A DNA stretch of 63,580 nucleotides, the filler included, from Guillardia theta CCMP2712 (Eukaryota > Protista > Cryptophyta): the NCBI RefSeq assembly GCF_000315625.1. It is 6 parts of 6 records of this genome, joined end to end, with 100 filler letters (N's around TTAATTAATTAA, not from the genome) between each part and the next. Parts side by side here need not be neighbours in the genome. Positions count along the whole stretch, not along the records: positions 7,041 to 13,247 come from NW_005434212.1; positions 13,348 to 29,399 come from NW_005434408.1; 4 more parts are not named here. The stretch is one strand, 5' to 3'. The position numbers and the translations under genes were made by a program. The notes beneath the pieces are model-generated. The model made no database searches. It worked only from the letters and a program-made list of their open reading frames with translations, and was not told where the DNA came from. The stretch's first letter is position 1, and every line of letters begins with the position of its first letter. This document shows positions 11,531 to 24,408 of the stretch, piece after piece.

Positions 11531-13069
11531 ATGAGAATCAAGGTATCTTCCAGACTTTTTTGTATCCTTCTCTTCCTCGCCAGTTTGTCGATGATGAACG
11601 GGGATACAACGAACAACATGATACTCTCCAACATGAAGCAGATCAAATGTATCTTCTCCGACCTTGACGGTAGGCTTCTAGGAGGGGGAGGAGGAAGGAG
11701 GTCGAGGTAGAAGAGGATGGAGCAGCAGCAGCAGCAGCCGCAACAGCAGGAGAAGGACCAGGACCAGGACCAGGATCAGGACCAGGACCAGGACCAGGAG
11801 GAAGGGGAAGGAGGAGGAGCAGGAGGAGGAGGAGCAGGAGGAGGATCGTGTGTGTGCTGATCTACTTATCGCAGGAACCTTGTGTCACTTCGAAAGGGAC
11901 ACCATCAAACATGGCGTGAAAACCACAGAGAACAAAGAAATGTGCACTGCCATCGTGCGAAACAAGTAAGTCAAAAGACTTGCTTTCTTTCAAGGACAGG
12001 GGCAGGGGCAGTGGGTGGCGAAGGGAGAGAATATTATTGACTTGGTATTGTTGGACGAGGAAGTGAAACAGGGGAAAGGGGAGGAGAAGGGGGCTGGAAG
12101 GCGCAGGAGCAAGAGGAGAAGGAGGAACAGGAGCAGCAGCAGCAGGAGCAGGAACAGGAGGAGGAGGAGGAGGAGGATTTACAAGAATGTTGAATCAGGG
12201 ATGGACAAACGAGAGCTTGTCGTCTTCTCCCAGCATCGACGATGGGCAACGGGACAGTGTCGGAGAGGACGATCGAGCTGGTCGGAAAACTAAGAGCGCA
12301 CGGGGTGAAATTTGTCATCATCTCCGGAGCAAGGACGACGACGATACAGGAGAGACTACCTTTTCTACCACTGGTTGACGCCGTTGCATGCGAGACTGGG
12401 AGGTAGGGCTCGTTACATCCTCTCTCCTCCCTCCTCCCTCCCCCTCCTCCCTCCTCCCTCCTTCCCTCCTCCCTCCTCCCTCCTCCTCCCATGGACTCGT
12501 CTCCCTCTTGTCGCTCCCTCTAACTGCTTCCCTGTCCCTGGCTGATAACTTTTGATCTCCTCTTGCTCCGCTATTCTCTCCGCCATCGCTCTCTCTCTCT
12601 TTCGTCTCTTCCCATTCCGTTTCCTTCCTCACCTCCGGCCTCCCATTTTACCCCTCCTCCTCCTCCTCCTCCTCCTCCTGCTTCCTGCTGCTGCTGCCAC
12701 TGCTCTCCTGTTGTTCCTCTCCTTCCCTTCTTTCCCCTCTTCTCTCATTGATACATCTGCACTCTTTGCAGCAAGATCTTTTATCCCCCCGACAGTACGA
12801 CGGAGCCGGTAAAAGCGAGCAGCTGGATGATGGATGAGGAGTGGTCGAAGAGGTTCGAGAAGGTATTTGACTCCTTCCTCTCCCTCCCCCTCCCCCTCTC
12901 CCTCCTCCTCTCTTCTCCCTCCCCCTCCCCCTCCCCCTCCCCCTCCCCTCCCCCTCCCCCTCCTCCTCCCCCTTCCAATATATTCTTCCTCCTCATTCTC
13001 TCGGCAGGTCACTGGGCCTCTCAACACCGACACTCCTGCCGTCTCACGACAAGGAACCTTGTGGGACCT
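11531..13069 (+). CDS. HAD-superfamily hydrolase (Cof/HAD-IIB-like) with N-terminal signal peptide; truncated by gap
   Basis: MRIKVSSRLFCILLFLASLS...CIFSDLDG|TL (motif I DxDGT); ERTIELVGKLRAHGVKFVIISGAR (motif II); DAVACETG. Confidence 0.88.
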
Positions 13070-13394
13070 GTAAGCCTCTCCCTCTTCTCCCCTCCCCTCC
13101 CCTCCTCTCCCCTCCCCTCCTCTCCCCTCCCCTCCTCTCCCCTCCCCTCCTCTCCCCTCCCCTCCTCTCCCCTCCCCTCCTTCTCTCTCCTCTCCTCTCC
13201 TCTCCTCTCCTCTCCTCTCCTCTCCTCTCCTCTAGATTGCGCCCTTGNNNNNNNNNNNNNNNNNNNNNNNNNNNNNNNNNNNNNNNNNNNNTTAATTAAT
13301 TAANNNNNNNNNNNNNNNNNNNNNNNNNNNNNNNNNNNNNNNNNNNNGAGGAGGAGGAGGAGGAGGAGGAGGAGGAGGGATTGAAAATGCCTCA

Positions 13395-13574
13395 CATGTA
13401 CTCCTCGGGCATCTTTGTGATCTCATGGTGAATGAAGTAGAACTTGCCAAGGAAGCCAGGGTTCATGTTGAGAGATGAAGGTTTCATTCCCTCTTTGCAC
13501 TGAGAGACACGTCAATAGAACTGAAGGTGATGGGGCAAAAGAATATAACATTATGTCGATTATGTGAAAGATGT

Positions 13575-13648
<74 letters not shown>

Positions 13649-15231
13649 ATGATGATGATGATGATGATGATAACATACTTTCGGCTGCACGTCATGCTTC
13701 TTGCAGACTCCTTTCTTGACATCTGAGCCAGTGTCCAGCTGCAGCCCACCAGTCATGTGACATCGAGCGAATATGACAAAAGACTCACGTCCACCCATTG
13801 ATCGCCTTGTGTACCAGTCATGGCAACTTTGGTCTTGAAGCCTTGGGGCTCGCCATATGCCCAGGCTGAGAAGAATGTAAGAGAAAGAGGAGAGGAGAGA
13901 GAAGAAAGAGGAGGAGAGAACGGAGGGGAAAGAGGAGAGGAGAGAGGAGAAGAAACGCGAAAGGACGGAAGGAGCGAATGAGAATAAGGATGAGAGAGAA
14001 CACAGGTGTGGACAAGAAAGAAAAGAGGAGGAGAAGGAAAGGGGGGAAAAGAGGAGGAGCAGGAGGAGATATCTTGGGTGCATCATATGAATCTGGTGGA
14101 CGGAAGTCAACCAGTGTAATCAAGTGCCGAGCCGTCGAGCCACTTGAATGATCCCTGAAACGATCTTCACTGATACTGCCCCTCCCCCTCCCCCTTCTCC
14201 CCCTCATTGCTTTCCTCCTCTTCTTCCTCCTCTTCTTCCTCCTACAACTACTTCTACTACTCTCAACTACTTCTACTGCTTTCACTACTCTCCTGGTTGT
14301 ACCACTACAACAACTACCAATACAAGTCCTTTCCTCCCTCTCTCTCTCCTTCTATTACATCGCTGGAGTCTCGGTAGAGGCCGATGTAGCAGTCGCCGGA
14401 TCCGCACACGGAGCGAGAGATTCGCATCTCTGTGTCAACATTACTGCCAGGTAATCTCTCTCCTCCCTCCCTCTCCTCCTCCCTCTCTTCATTCCTCCCT
14501 CCCTCCCTCCCTCTCTTCATTCCTCCCTTCCTCTCTATCTCCCTCTCCCTCTCCTCCTCCTCTCTTCATTGCTCCCTTCCTCTCTCCTTTCTTCTCTTAA
14601 TTCCTCCCTTCCTCTCTATCTCCCTCTCCCTCTCCTCCTCCTCCTCTCAACTTCTCCCGCCACATTCTTGTCTCCTACTCCTCACCTTGCTCGTTGTGAA
14701 TGGAAGCCAGAACTCCTCCTTGCGCTTCACACGCGTCTACAACATCCTAGAGACAACAAGACCATGAGCGAGAGACGAGAGAAAGACGAGGACGAGGAGG
14801 ACGAGGGCGACGAGGACGAGGGCGACGAGGACGAGGGCGAGGAGGAGGAGGAGGAGGAGAACGAGGGCGAGGAGGAGGAGGAGGAGGAGAACGAGGGCGA
14901 GGAGGAGGAGGAGGAGGAGGAGCAAGAAACTCGGATGACAAGCAGAGAAGCCGAGCAGGAGAAGCAGGCAGAATGAGGAAGAAGTGAAGTACACTGGGAA
15001 CCAACTAGGAGGGAGGGGGAAGGAGAAGGCAGGAAGAGGAGGAGGAGGAGGAGGAGGAGGAGGAAGGAGAAGTTTTCAAGGGAAGGGACGGGTACCTGCC
15101 ATGTTCCACTAGCCACGGAGAACCATCCGCTGTCATCCTCAAATGCGTGGTTGATAAATCCCAGCCTGAGCATCATCATCATCATTATCATCATCATCAT
15201 TATCATCATCATCATTATCATCATCATCATT

Positions 15232-15273
<42 letters not shown>

Positions 15274-17101
15274 AGCAGCAGAAGCAGTTTCGCTCCTCCC
15301 TCCTTTCCTTGCCCTTTCCCTCGCCAAACTCCTCTCAACTCTCCCTCACCTGCAGTGACAATCGGCCGCGTACTTGGCACCAGCCGTCGCAGAGCTGTCG
15401 GGAGGGCAAAGCTGGATAGGGGCAGGACTTCAGCTGGAGAGGACGCGTAGGCGCAAACAAGTCCTACCGTAGCGAGACCGTCCCCAGAGCAGAAGCTCCC
15501 TGCTGGGCAATCGTCGCATCCTCCATTTGCAGAGGCAACGTAGCCGGGCCTGACCGAGACAGTCAAGATAGCTCAAGGTCAGCTGGGCAACAGCTGGGCA
15601 GGAGCTGGGAAGGCTCCTACTTGCAGATACAATCGTGGGAGCCCTCCGAGCTAGTCTTGTGGACTGGACAGACGTGGGAACTTCCGTCTCCTGCAGTGCA
15701 GAGTCAGGTGGATCACAAACACTCTACATCGACATCGACCTTCTCACCACAGTCATCAACATCATTGCCGTCATCATCATCATCCTCATTCACATCCTCA
15801 TCATCCACGTCCTCTTCCTCATCATCCTCAACCTCATCATAACATCCTCCTCATGATCATCATCATCGTAATCGTCATCATCATCATCGTTATCTTCATA
15901 AGCTCACCAGGACAATAGCTTCCAGCAGTGCAGACGTTGCATCCTGTGCTGCTGCTTCCTGCACATCAAGTTACAACTCCCTCCTCCTCGCTTAGCCTCT
16001 CCCTCCCTCCTCCTCTCTTGTCCATCACTTCCTTCAATCTAACTTTGCCTTGATTGCTCTCCTCCCTCCTCCTCCTTCCTCTCTCTCATCTCGTCACAGT
16101 TTTGTTCTCCCTCCTCCTCTTCAGTTCTCCTCACCGTAGAAGCCTGCATTGCAGATACACTCCGACAGCTTCGACGACCCTTCCCCGCTGTTCGACGACG
16201 CCGGGCACATTTTCTTCTCCTTCCCTCCCTCGCAGTACCATCCTGTTATCCCGTCACTCCCTCCTCCCTCCCCAGCTGGCGTGCAGCTGACCTGCTGGGC
16301 ACTTCTGGCAGGCATCAGGCTCTCCGTAGTATCCGGGGTTGCAGGAGCAGTCTTGGAGAGAAGAGCTTTTCTCTCCGCTGAGAACGAGAGACGAAGTGTG
16401 AAGAGGGAAGAGCGACGATGGTAAAGAGAAGGAGGGAGAAAGAGGACGAAGAGTTTTGGTTCATGAGCGAAAGGAAGTTTGGGGGTAAGAGGAACAGAGT
16501 GAGTGCAGAGGGGGAGAAGGCGGAGCAGAACAAAGAGGAGAACGAAATGGAAAAGGACGAAAAGGAATAGAAAAAGGAGGATGACAGATTGGAATAGGAA
16601 AGAAGGGAAGAGGAGGAGGAGGAGGAGGAGGAGGAGGAGGAGGAGGAGCAGCAGCAGCAGCAGCAGCATCTAATTCTACCTGTAACTATGGGCGGGGCAA
16701 TCAGCTTTCGACGATCCTCCCAGGCAGTAGGATCCAGACGGACACTTGCTGCAACCCGTTGAGCTGTCAAAGTTGTAGTAGCCTGTCCCAGCTGTCAGCC
16801 ACCACAATTGATGCTGCGGCCGTTGCACCAACCCGCAACGCAGGAGCAGTCTGAAAGGCCGTCGCTGCCGGACGGGCTGCTGGAGTGAGCTGGGCAGTTC
16901 TGCTGGGGGGATCAGACTGTCAAAGTTTCCTTTCGTCCCCTTACGCTGCTCGTCCCGTCGCCAGGGCAGAAGCTGCCGATGGTACAGACAAGGCAGCCCG
17001 TGCTGCTACTTCCTGCTCAACAGGTCAAGAACCACAACAGATGCTCCTGCTCCTCCCTATCCTGTCTATCTTCCTCCCCTTCCCCTTCCCCTTCCCCTTC
17101 C

Positions 17102-17135
<34 letters not shown>

Positions 17136-17508
17136 ATCATTCTCCTCCTTCCCCGCCCCTCTCTTGATCCGTTGACCAATTTTCTGCATCCTTGTTTTCC
17201 TCTTGCTCCACTTCATCCCTCCTCCTCTTCAGTTCTCCTCACCGTAGAAGCCTGCATTGCAGATACACTCCGACAGCTTCGACGACCCTTCCCCGCTGTT
17301 CGACGACGCCGGGCACATTTTCTTCTCCTTCCCTCCCTCGCAGTACCATCCTGTTATCCCGTCACTCCCTCCTCCCTCCCCAGCTGGCGTGCAGCTGACC
17401 TGCTGGGCACTTCTGGCAGGCATCAGGCTCTCCGTAGTATCCGGGGTTGCAGGAGCAGTCTTGGAGAGAAGAACCAAGTGCATCACTGTAGAGTAGCATC
17501 AAACATCA

Positions 17509-17540
<32 letters not shown>

Positions 17541-19667
17541 AGGACAAACAAGGAGGAAAACGACGAGAAGGAGGCAATAACAGGCAAAGACAAGAGGAGG
17601 AAGAGGATATACCTGGAACTGTGCGGTGGGCACTGGACGGAGTTTCTCCCTCCGGGGCAGTAGAACCCTTCTACACATGGGGCGCAGCTGGGGCCGGAGG
17701 TCTGGCTGACGGGTGGGTTCGGCTCAAAGTAGGCTGCGGCAGGGGGTGGTCAGGGTACATTTCCCAGCTCGTCCTCAGCGTCTCACAAGGCTTGCACGTG
17801 CAGTCGTTGATGCTCTTGGTACCCACCGGGCTCGACGAGTAGGCAGGGCAGTCCTGCGCAACCAGTCAACCTCCTCATCTTCTTCTCCTCTCCTCTCCTC
17901 TTTCCTCTCTTCCTCTCCCTCCCCTCCTCTTCTCTCCATCCCATCCTGTTTCTTAGTTTTCACTACCCCCCTCCCTCCGCCTCTCGCCTTCGAAGCTGCA
18001 TGATTACCCCGATCTCGTTCTTGCCGCTGCAGTACTTATCCGCAGGGCAGAGAGCACAGTCGCTGTGCGAGGTTCCGTGATAGGCAGCATTGCACAAGCA
18101 CTGAGAGGCTTCTGGATCGCTGCTGGAGAACTGCGGGCAAGGGAAGGAGTTTTCTCCGCCCGGGCAGTACCTGAGCTGGCTGTCAGAGGGGCAAAAACTT
18201 GAAGGATGCAACTGACATGTTAGCAGGGCACTGCTTGCAGCTCTTGTCCTGGTTGTAGTGGGCCTTACCAAACCAACCTGAGCAAGCCATGAGAAAAACG
18301 TTCCTGTGAAGGACAGTAGAGAGCAGGTGGCTGGCGGCAGAAGGGGCAGGGGGTGCGGAGGACAGAGAGACAGTGGGAAGAAAGCAGCAACGAAAGAAGG
18401 AGGAACCAGGCAGGAGGAAGGAGGAAGCAGGCAGGAGAAAGCAAGGAGGAACCAGGCAGGAGGAAGGAGGAAGCAGGCAGGAGGAAGGAGGAACCAGGAA
18501 GGAGGGAGGAGGAAGGAGGAACCAGGAAGGAGGAAGGAGGAAGCAGGCAGGAGAAAGCAAGGAGGAACCAGGCAGGAGGAAGGAGGAAGCAGGCAGGAGG
18601 AAGGAGGAACCAGGCAGGAGAAAGGAGGAAGCAGGCAGGAGAAAGGAGGAACCAGGCAGGACGAAGGAGGAAGGAGGAAGGAGGAAGGAGGTGGGGGTAG
18701 GGGTCACCGGGAACGCAGGTGCAGTCATTGAAGGCATCGGAGCCCGGGAGGGAGGAGGCGTGAGCAGGGCAGTCGTTGACAATGTCGTCCAAGTCGTTGC
18801 CGGGGCACCACTTGCCTTTGAAGAAGTGAGACAGCACCAGGTGATTGAGCATTCAGAAGGAGCTGTCTCTTACCTCGCTCGCACTCAGCACACTTGCCGT
18901 CCTTGCCGTGCGTTCCAGGAGCACTGCACACGGGCACTGAGCAACTAGTGGGGAGGAAAGTTCGCTTCCTCCTACCATGGGCCGATCTCCGACGGGTTCG
19001 GGTCAAATACGTTGAAGTACGTTCCCTTGCCGAAGGTAAGGGGAGCGTTCTATGAGGAGAAAGTGAGAAGAGAGGAGGAAACAGCAAGTGTCTCACCTTA
19101 GACCCCTTAGAGTGGCCTGTGAAGACTCCACTGCGAGACCGCAAACATCACCAAAACACCTCTCACTCCCACGAGCACGATCCTACGTTTCGCTCTCAGG
19201 AACACCGTCCTCGGAGAACTGAGGGTCATAAATGTTGTGGAGCTCCTGCCAGGTTTATCAGTGCAAGGGGAACAAGACGTCAACTGTTCCCCACCTGACT
19301 TGAAATCTTGCGCTGAATGTCAAGCTTGGAAATGGCCTCACTGACTGAAACGGCGGACTGAGTCGGAGAGCCGCATGCGGCACGGCATGCGCTTACTTGA
19401 CTTGGAGGGAGGCCTAGCGGCTGTATTGTCGTCGACGTTCACATGGAGAACAAGCACAAGAGTAGCTGTTGTTGACGTCAAGTCAGCACAGCCTGCGGTT
19501 CACCAACAGAGCTAGGCACACCTGTAATGCAAAAGGCAGCCACGATGCCGCCAAGGTATCTTGACCTGAAGGACACGCACGTTCATGTAACGTCATAACA
19601 GCTTCACTCCTTCTGCTCACCTTGACGACTTTTGATTGTCATGGACATGAACTGCAACATACGGCAT
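13395..19667 (-). CDS. Large cell-surface protein: N-terminal anchor, many Cys-rich (GCC2_GCC3/ephrin-receptor-like) repeats, C-type lectin domain, then possibly a PA14-like start; truncated by gap
   Basis: MPYVAVHV...YLGGIVAAFCITATLVLVL; repeated CPAxxYCxG...CPxxSxS...CxCxxGYY exons. Lectin exons DACEAQGGVLASIHNEQ, CYIGLYRD, FKWLDGTALDYTAWAYGEP, WVDL...GVCKK. Then PGFLGKFYF. Confidence 0.82.
16109..17472. repeat. Exact 256-bp intragenic duplication (16109-16364 = 17217-17472)
   Basis: Base-for-base identical, including exon sequence on both sides of an intron. Confidence 0.95.
18395..18690. repeat. Intronic compound minisatellite (AGGAGGAACCAGGCAGGAGGAAGGAGGAAGCAGGC...)
   Basis: Tandem variants visible inside an intron of the Cys-rich gene. 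Confidence 0.9.
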
Positions 19668-21240
19668 AGGGATTGCACTGCCGACAGCCGTCAGAAGCAG
19701 CTACATATCCCCACTACTCCTGCCCCTTTGCACTTGCTCCCCTGCACTTCCTGTGCTCTATGTACTTCCTCTCACAACTTTCCTTCATCCTCCACCTCCT
19801 CCTCCTCCTCCTCTCCACATCTTCCCAAGGTCCTGACCTGTACGTCGCGTCCATGTCCGACAACCAATCTATTTTCGTCACCAATTGCAGGGGTCTTAGT
19901 AAATTCTAGGACCCGGTCCTATGACACTTATCGGTATCGAGGCTTGAACTTAGTCCGATTGCTAGGACACGAATTCGTAGTCATCGCTAGGACCTCCTAT
20001 ACGGAGGAAAGTTTGTTTGTAAAGTTTGGACCAAAGTTTGAGTTCAAAGTTTCTCAAGGCCGACTTTTGGCTATGACTCGGACCAGATTCCGAACTTCGG
20101 AAGTTCGGCCCTCGAAACTTTGGACTAAACTTTGGACCTCAAAGTTTGTAAACTTGGCGGTAAAACTTTCGTCTGATACCAGTCTATACCTGGTCAGGTT
20201 CCGCATGGCGTGCTGCTCGGAGTACTTCTTGACTGGCATGCTGCAGGAAGCGAAGTAGGCATGATGATAGGCGGTGCAGATGTTGCTGACTGGCGTGATG
20301 GAGGATGAGAAAGTCAGAATGTTAACAGACCGGGTGGATGACTCAGTGCTGCTGCCGCAGGAGCGAGACGACTATGTCACGCGGTGCACAAACGACCTTG
20401 GTGTCTACCTTTGACTTTGAGGAAGGATGGTGGAGGAAGATGACTGTATGCAGGAGTTGAAGTCTCTCGATAATTCTGCTTCAGATCCTCACCGTCTGAA
20501 TCCACGGGAATGCAGAGGCTGAAAGTGTGTTACTGTATGGCTGCTTGTGCTACAGACGAGGGGTACATCATGGAAGCGAAGCTTACCCTAGCATACTTTA
20601 TTATGTGAGAATGGCACTCGCTGAAAAGATGGGGTATGCAACCGTCATCGCGACAGCAAACTTGTGCTTCATGAAGACTTGTCGTGAGAACACTTCGAAA
20701 CACCCTCGTGCTCTCTAACTGATCTAGGGTGCATTCCATGTTACCCAGCGGGATGCTGCTGCTTCTGCTGTAACAATCATGGAAGACTGATGAATGTCGG
20801 TCTGGCTTTTGGCCCAGTGGAGCAATGGCTCATGTAAATATGACCTTTCTAAACAATTCATGAAATTTGGATCCTCGAACTCAACGAACTGTTCGAAGCA
20901 GATTCTAGATGATCTCTTGACGGAACATATCTCATCTGACAAGATTCAGACTTGACATGTCAATTTGTCTGACTTACGATTGTTACTTTCTATCAACAAT
21001 CTCACAGATGTTTACCTCTCAACAACGGTATTTTTGCAAGCCGGGATCTTCCTCTTTATATCATCAATCTCCATCGTTGCACCTTTCAGTATGATTATAG
21101 TTTTATGTATGAGCGTAATGCAGAAGATCCTTTTTGTCCTCTGTGGTGTTGTTGCATGTTGCAAATATCTGTGTTACAGCATTGTCTAGCGCGATTTTGA
21201 AAATGAATTTGAGTTCCGCGAGTACTGAGTGTGCATCTCC

Positions 21241-21348
21241 GATATCGTACATGATGTCATCCGTGATTGAGTACTTCACACCATCGTCAACAGTGATATC
21301 GTACATGATGTCATCCATGATTCAATACTTCACAACATCGTCAACAGT
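21241..21348. repeat. 2 x 54-bp tandem duplication
   Basis: GATATCGTACATGATGTCATCC...CATCGTCAACAGT repeated with 4 substitutions. Confidence 0.9.
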
Positions 21349-23305
21349 GCGATACTTGGCTCTTGAAACAATAGAGCGATGATCTTGACATGATGATGCA
21401 CACATGGACAATTTTACACCAATCCATTTATTATCTCACAAATTTCACAACCACATCTGTCTATCTAGTCAACAAAGAATTATGGCATCAAAACCATCAC
21501 TTGAAAGCCCCGCGGTGGTGTTCGCACGGCCCTTCATTGATGACAAATCGAACAAGGTTCTTAAAACCTCGTCATCTTCATTCAGGTAGTTTCTGTACTT
21601 GTTGATGATTTGCCATTGTTCTTCGGATAATTCATTGCTTTCGCGGTGAGAGCTCTCCTGCTCCGCTACCTCTTGGTAAACCGATTCTTCGTTCGTCATG
21701 ATAATTACAATTGCTGAAACAGTTTTAACTTGATTCTGAATGCACCGAGTTGGTTCTTCTCACGACAGTTCTTCTTCTCTTGTCTTTCCAATCTTATGAT
21801 CTCTGAATGAATCCGTTCTTGTTCTTCCTTGTAGTATCTTTGAGCGTATCGTCGTTCCTCCCTTCCTCCTTTTCCTTCCCGCTCCACGTGGGTTTTGGTA
21901 GCAGCGCCCCTCCTGTAGGATATTACATGAACCACCCTTTTCCTCCTGTCAACCCCCTCGATTAGACTACCCCCCTCTCCAGGCTTAAACACCCTCACCA
22001 CCCCGTTCGAAGGAGCGACTGTACCCGGACACCACCCACCTTTTTCATAAACTGGGTTTTGGATACATTTGTTTTAAAGATCTATTTATAGACCATATTT
22101 CAACGAAAAAGAGTCCTTTGGAGACCTTACTCAGCAATGTGAAAAAAAAATGAAAGGAATGAAAACCCGTGCTGTCCAACCACCCTCCACCCTAGCCAAT
22201 AATGTCCTCTACACCCCCTTGTTTCCCATAAGTATTGTTGGTAAATGACCCCGTACTTTAAGTAAATTTCGCACCCCTTCGAATTTAACCCCTCATAATC
22301 ATTCGAGAATCTTCAAGCAACTGCTTTGAAGGTGATCGATTCTTTAATTGAGCTCTTAATCTAGACTCCTCTACCCATCCTCTCCATGAAGTCTTCCTAT
22401 CACATGCCTGCTGAAGGAGAGTGAGAGATGAAATGAACTTCGAGTAAAGACGCATGCACTAATGCTTCAAGATTCATTAAATGGTGTCCTATGCAAAATG
22501 ATACTACCCTCTATCATTTATGCTTTTACTACACACACTCAGACGCCCCTTCGACTCCTTCGATTTCCTACCCCCACCAGTGCAAATATTGACGAAATGA
22601 AAGTTCTTGCTCTTGTCTACCCTCATCTCAGATTCTTCAATTCTTCTCCGATACCAACTCACATACTGTCTAGCTCGTAGCATTGACCCTGTATGTCCTA
22701 CAGGTCTCTTCGGGTACCACCCCCCACTTTTGGTGGCCTCCGCCCGTTTCTGTTGGTTTGCTCCTATCCGGGACTGGTATCGTGCAAGGAACCTTTCAAT
22801 CTCCGTATCTAGGACCCTTGTTGTGAGGACCCCACAATTATTGACCACCCACCCCTCCAACGGATATTTTTTCATATAGATTATTATACCTCTACCCCCT
22901 ATTTAAAGTGGGCTATACCTTGACCAGCCAGACGGATTTGATCCACCCGGGGGTATCATGTCTAGTCAGCTTCTTTACTCAAAGTTAAGTGAAAAATCAG
23001 TACGAGTCAGCTCTTTGTGACAGTTGTAAAGTACTGGGCGGGTGAAACTTTGAAACTTTGAGGTATAAAAGTCTAAACTTTAAACTTTCCACCAATACAG
23101 AAACTTCTGTCAGAAACTTCTCAGTGAATGGAGGTAGCCCGGGGAGCCCGAGGCCCCGGGTGCCAGAGCTGAAACTCAATTTGTACCAGTAAATTTCAAA
23201 CTATCATCTTGGTATTCAAATTTTCGGTATGGATATTTAAACTATGGATTTTAATTTGATTTCCTTTGCTTCTTGCTGGCACTTGAAGGGGAGGGGGAGG
23301 AGAGA

Positions 23306-23700
23306 GCACAGCAGAGCACAGCACAGCACACCACACCACAGCACAGCACAGCACAGCACACCACAGCACACCACAGCACACCACAGCACACCACAGCACA
23401 GCACAGCACACCACAGCACACCACAGCACAGCACAGCACAGCACAGCACAGCACAGCAGAGCACAGCACAGCACAGCACAGCACACCACAGCAGAGCACA
23501 GCACAGCACAGCACAGCAGAGCACACCACACCACACCACACCACACCACACCACACCACACCACACCACACCACACCACACCACACCACACCACACCACA
23601 CCACACCACACCACACCACACCACACCACACCACACCACACCACACCACACCACACCACACCACACCACACCACACCACACCACACCACACCACACCACA
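23306..23700. repeat. (GCACA)/(CCACA)n pentamer microsatellite
   Basis: Mixed GCACA/CCACA block grading into pure CCACA. Confidence 0.97.
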
Positions 23701-24196
23701 GAGGGAGATGGAGAAGGGGGGGTGAGAGGAGAAGATGAAGTGAGTTGGAAGCAGCAGGCAAGGAGGTATAGGAGGAGATGAATGTGAAGATTCAAAGGAT
23801 GGAACGCCAGGAGTAGAAGGCTGTGGCGTGGAGGGGATGCAGCTTGATTGAGCTCGAGAAGCTAATATGGACAAGGAAGATTCATCAAGCCTATTGTTAC
23901 ATATATGTCTTTTGAATCGTGCTCATTTTCAATCATCTCGATGCTGCCTCCTCTTCTCTCATCGCTGAAGCTTCCTGTTGCAGAAGCTTCTTGTTCTCCT
24001 CGTCAAGTCTTCTGGTGCTGTGCACCGCAGCGTGCGCTGTGAGGTATGAGGGAGGGAGCAGGAGAGGGAGCAGGGAGGGAGGGCAAGAGAGGAGGTAGTG
24101 GAAGAGGAGACGAGCGGGAAGGAGGAGAGGAGGGGTGGAAGGGATGGCGGCAGGGAGGAGAAGGAGGAGCATGATTTCTTAACACGGCGACGTAGG

Positions 24197-24346
24197 ATGC
24201 CGTACGTCGAAAATGGACGAGTGGTGGAGAGAAGGTCAATCATGCGAGTTTCAACGATATCAGGTGAGGCCTGAGGAGGAGAAGGAGGGGACAGGGAGAG
24301 CAGCAGGAGCAGCAGGAGAAGCAGCACAGTGAAGGAGAGGAGATGG

Positions 24347-24408
<62 letters not shown>

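Noticed and set aside
22504-22875. Possible Helitron/PIF1 helicase motif (ARQYVSWYR)
   Set aside because: Only superficial similarity to GQxYVAxSR; no other helicase motifs.
19880-23260. Single TIR transposon spanning the block
   Set aside because: No matching terminal inverted repeats or TSD found by eye; no transposase motif.
23196-23874. VVWCG / HHTTP repeat ORFs
   Set aside because: Translations of a pentanucleotide microsatellite.
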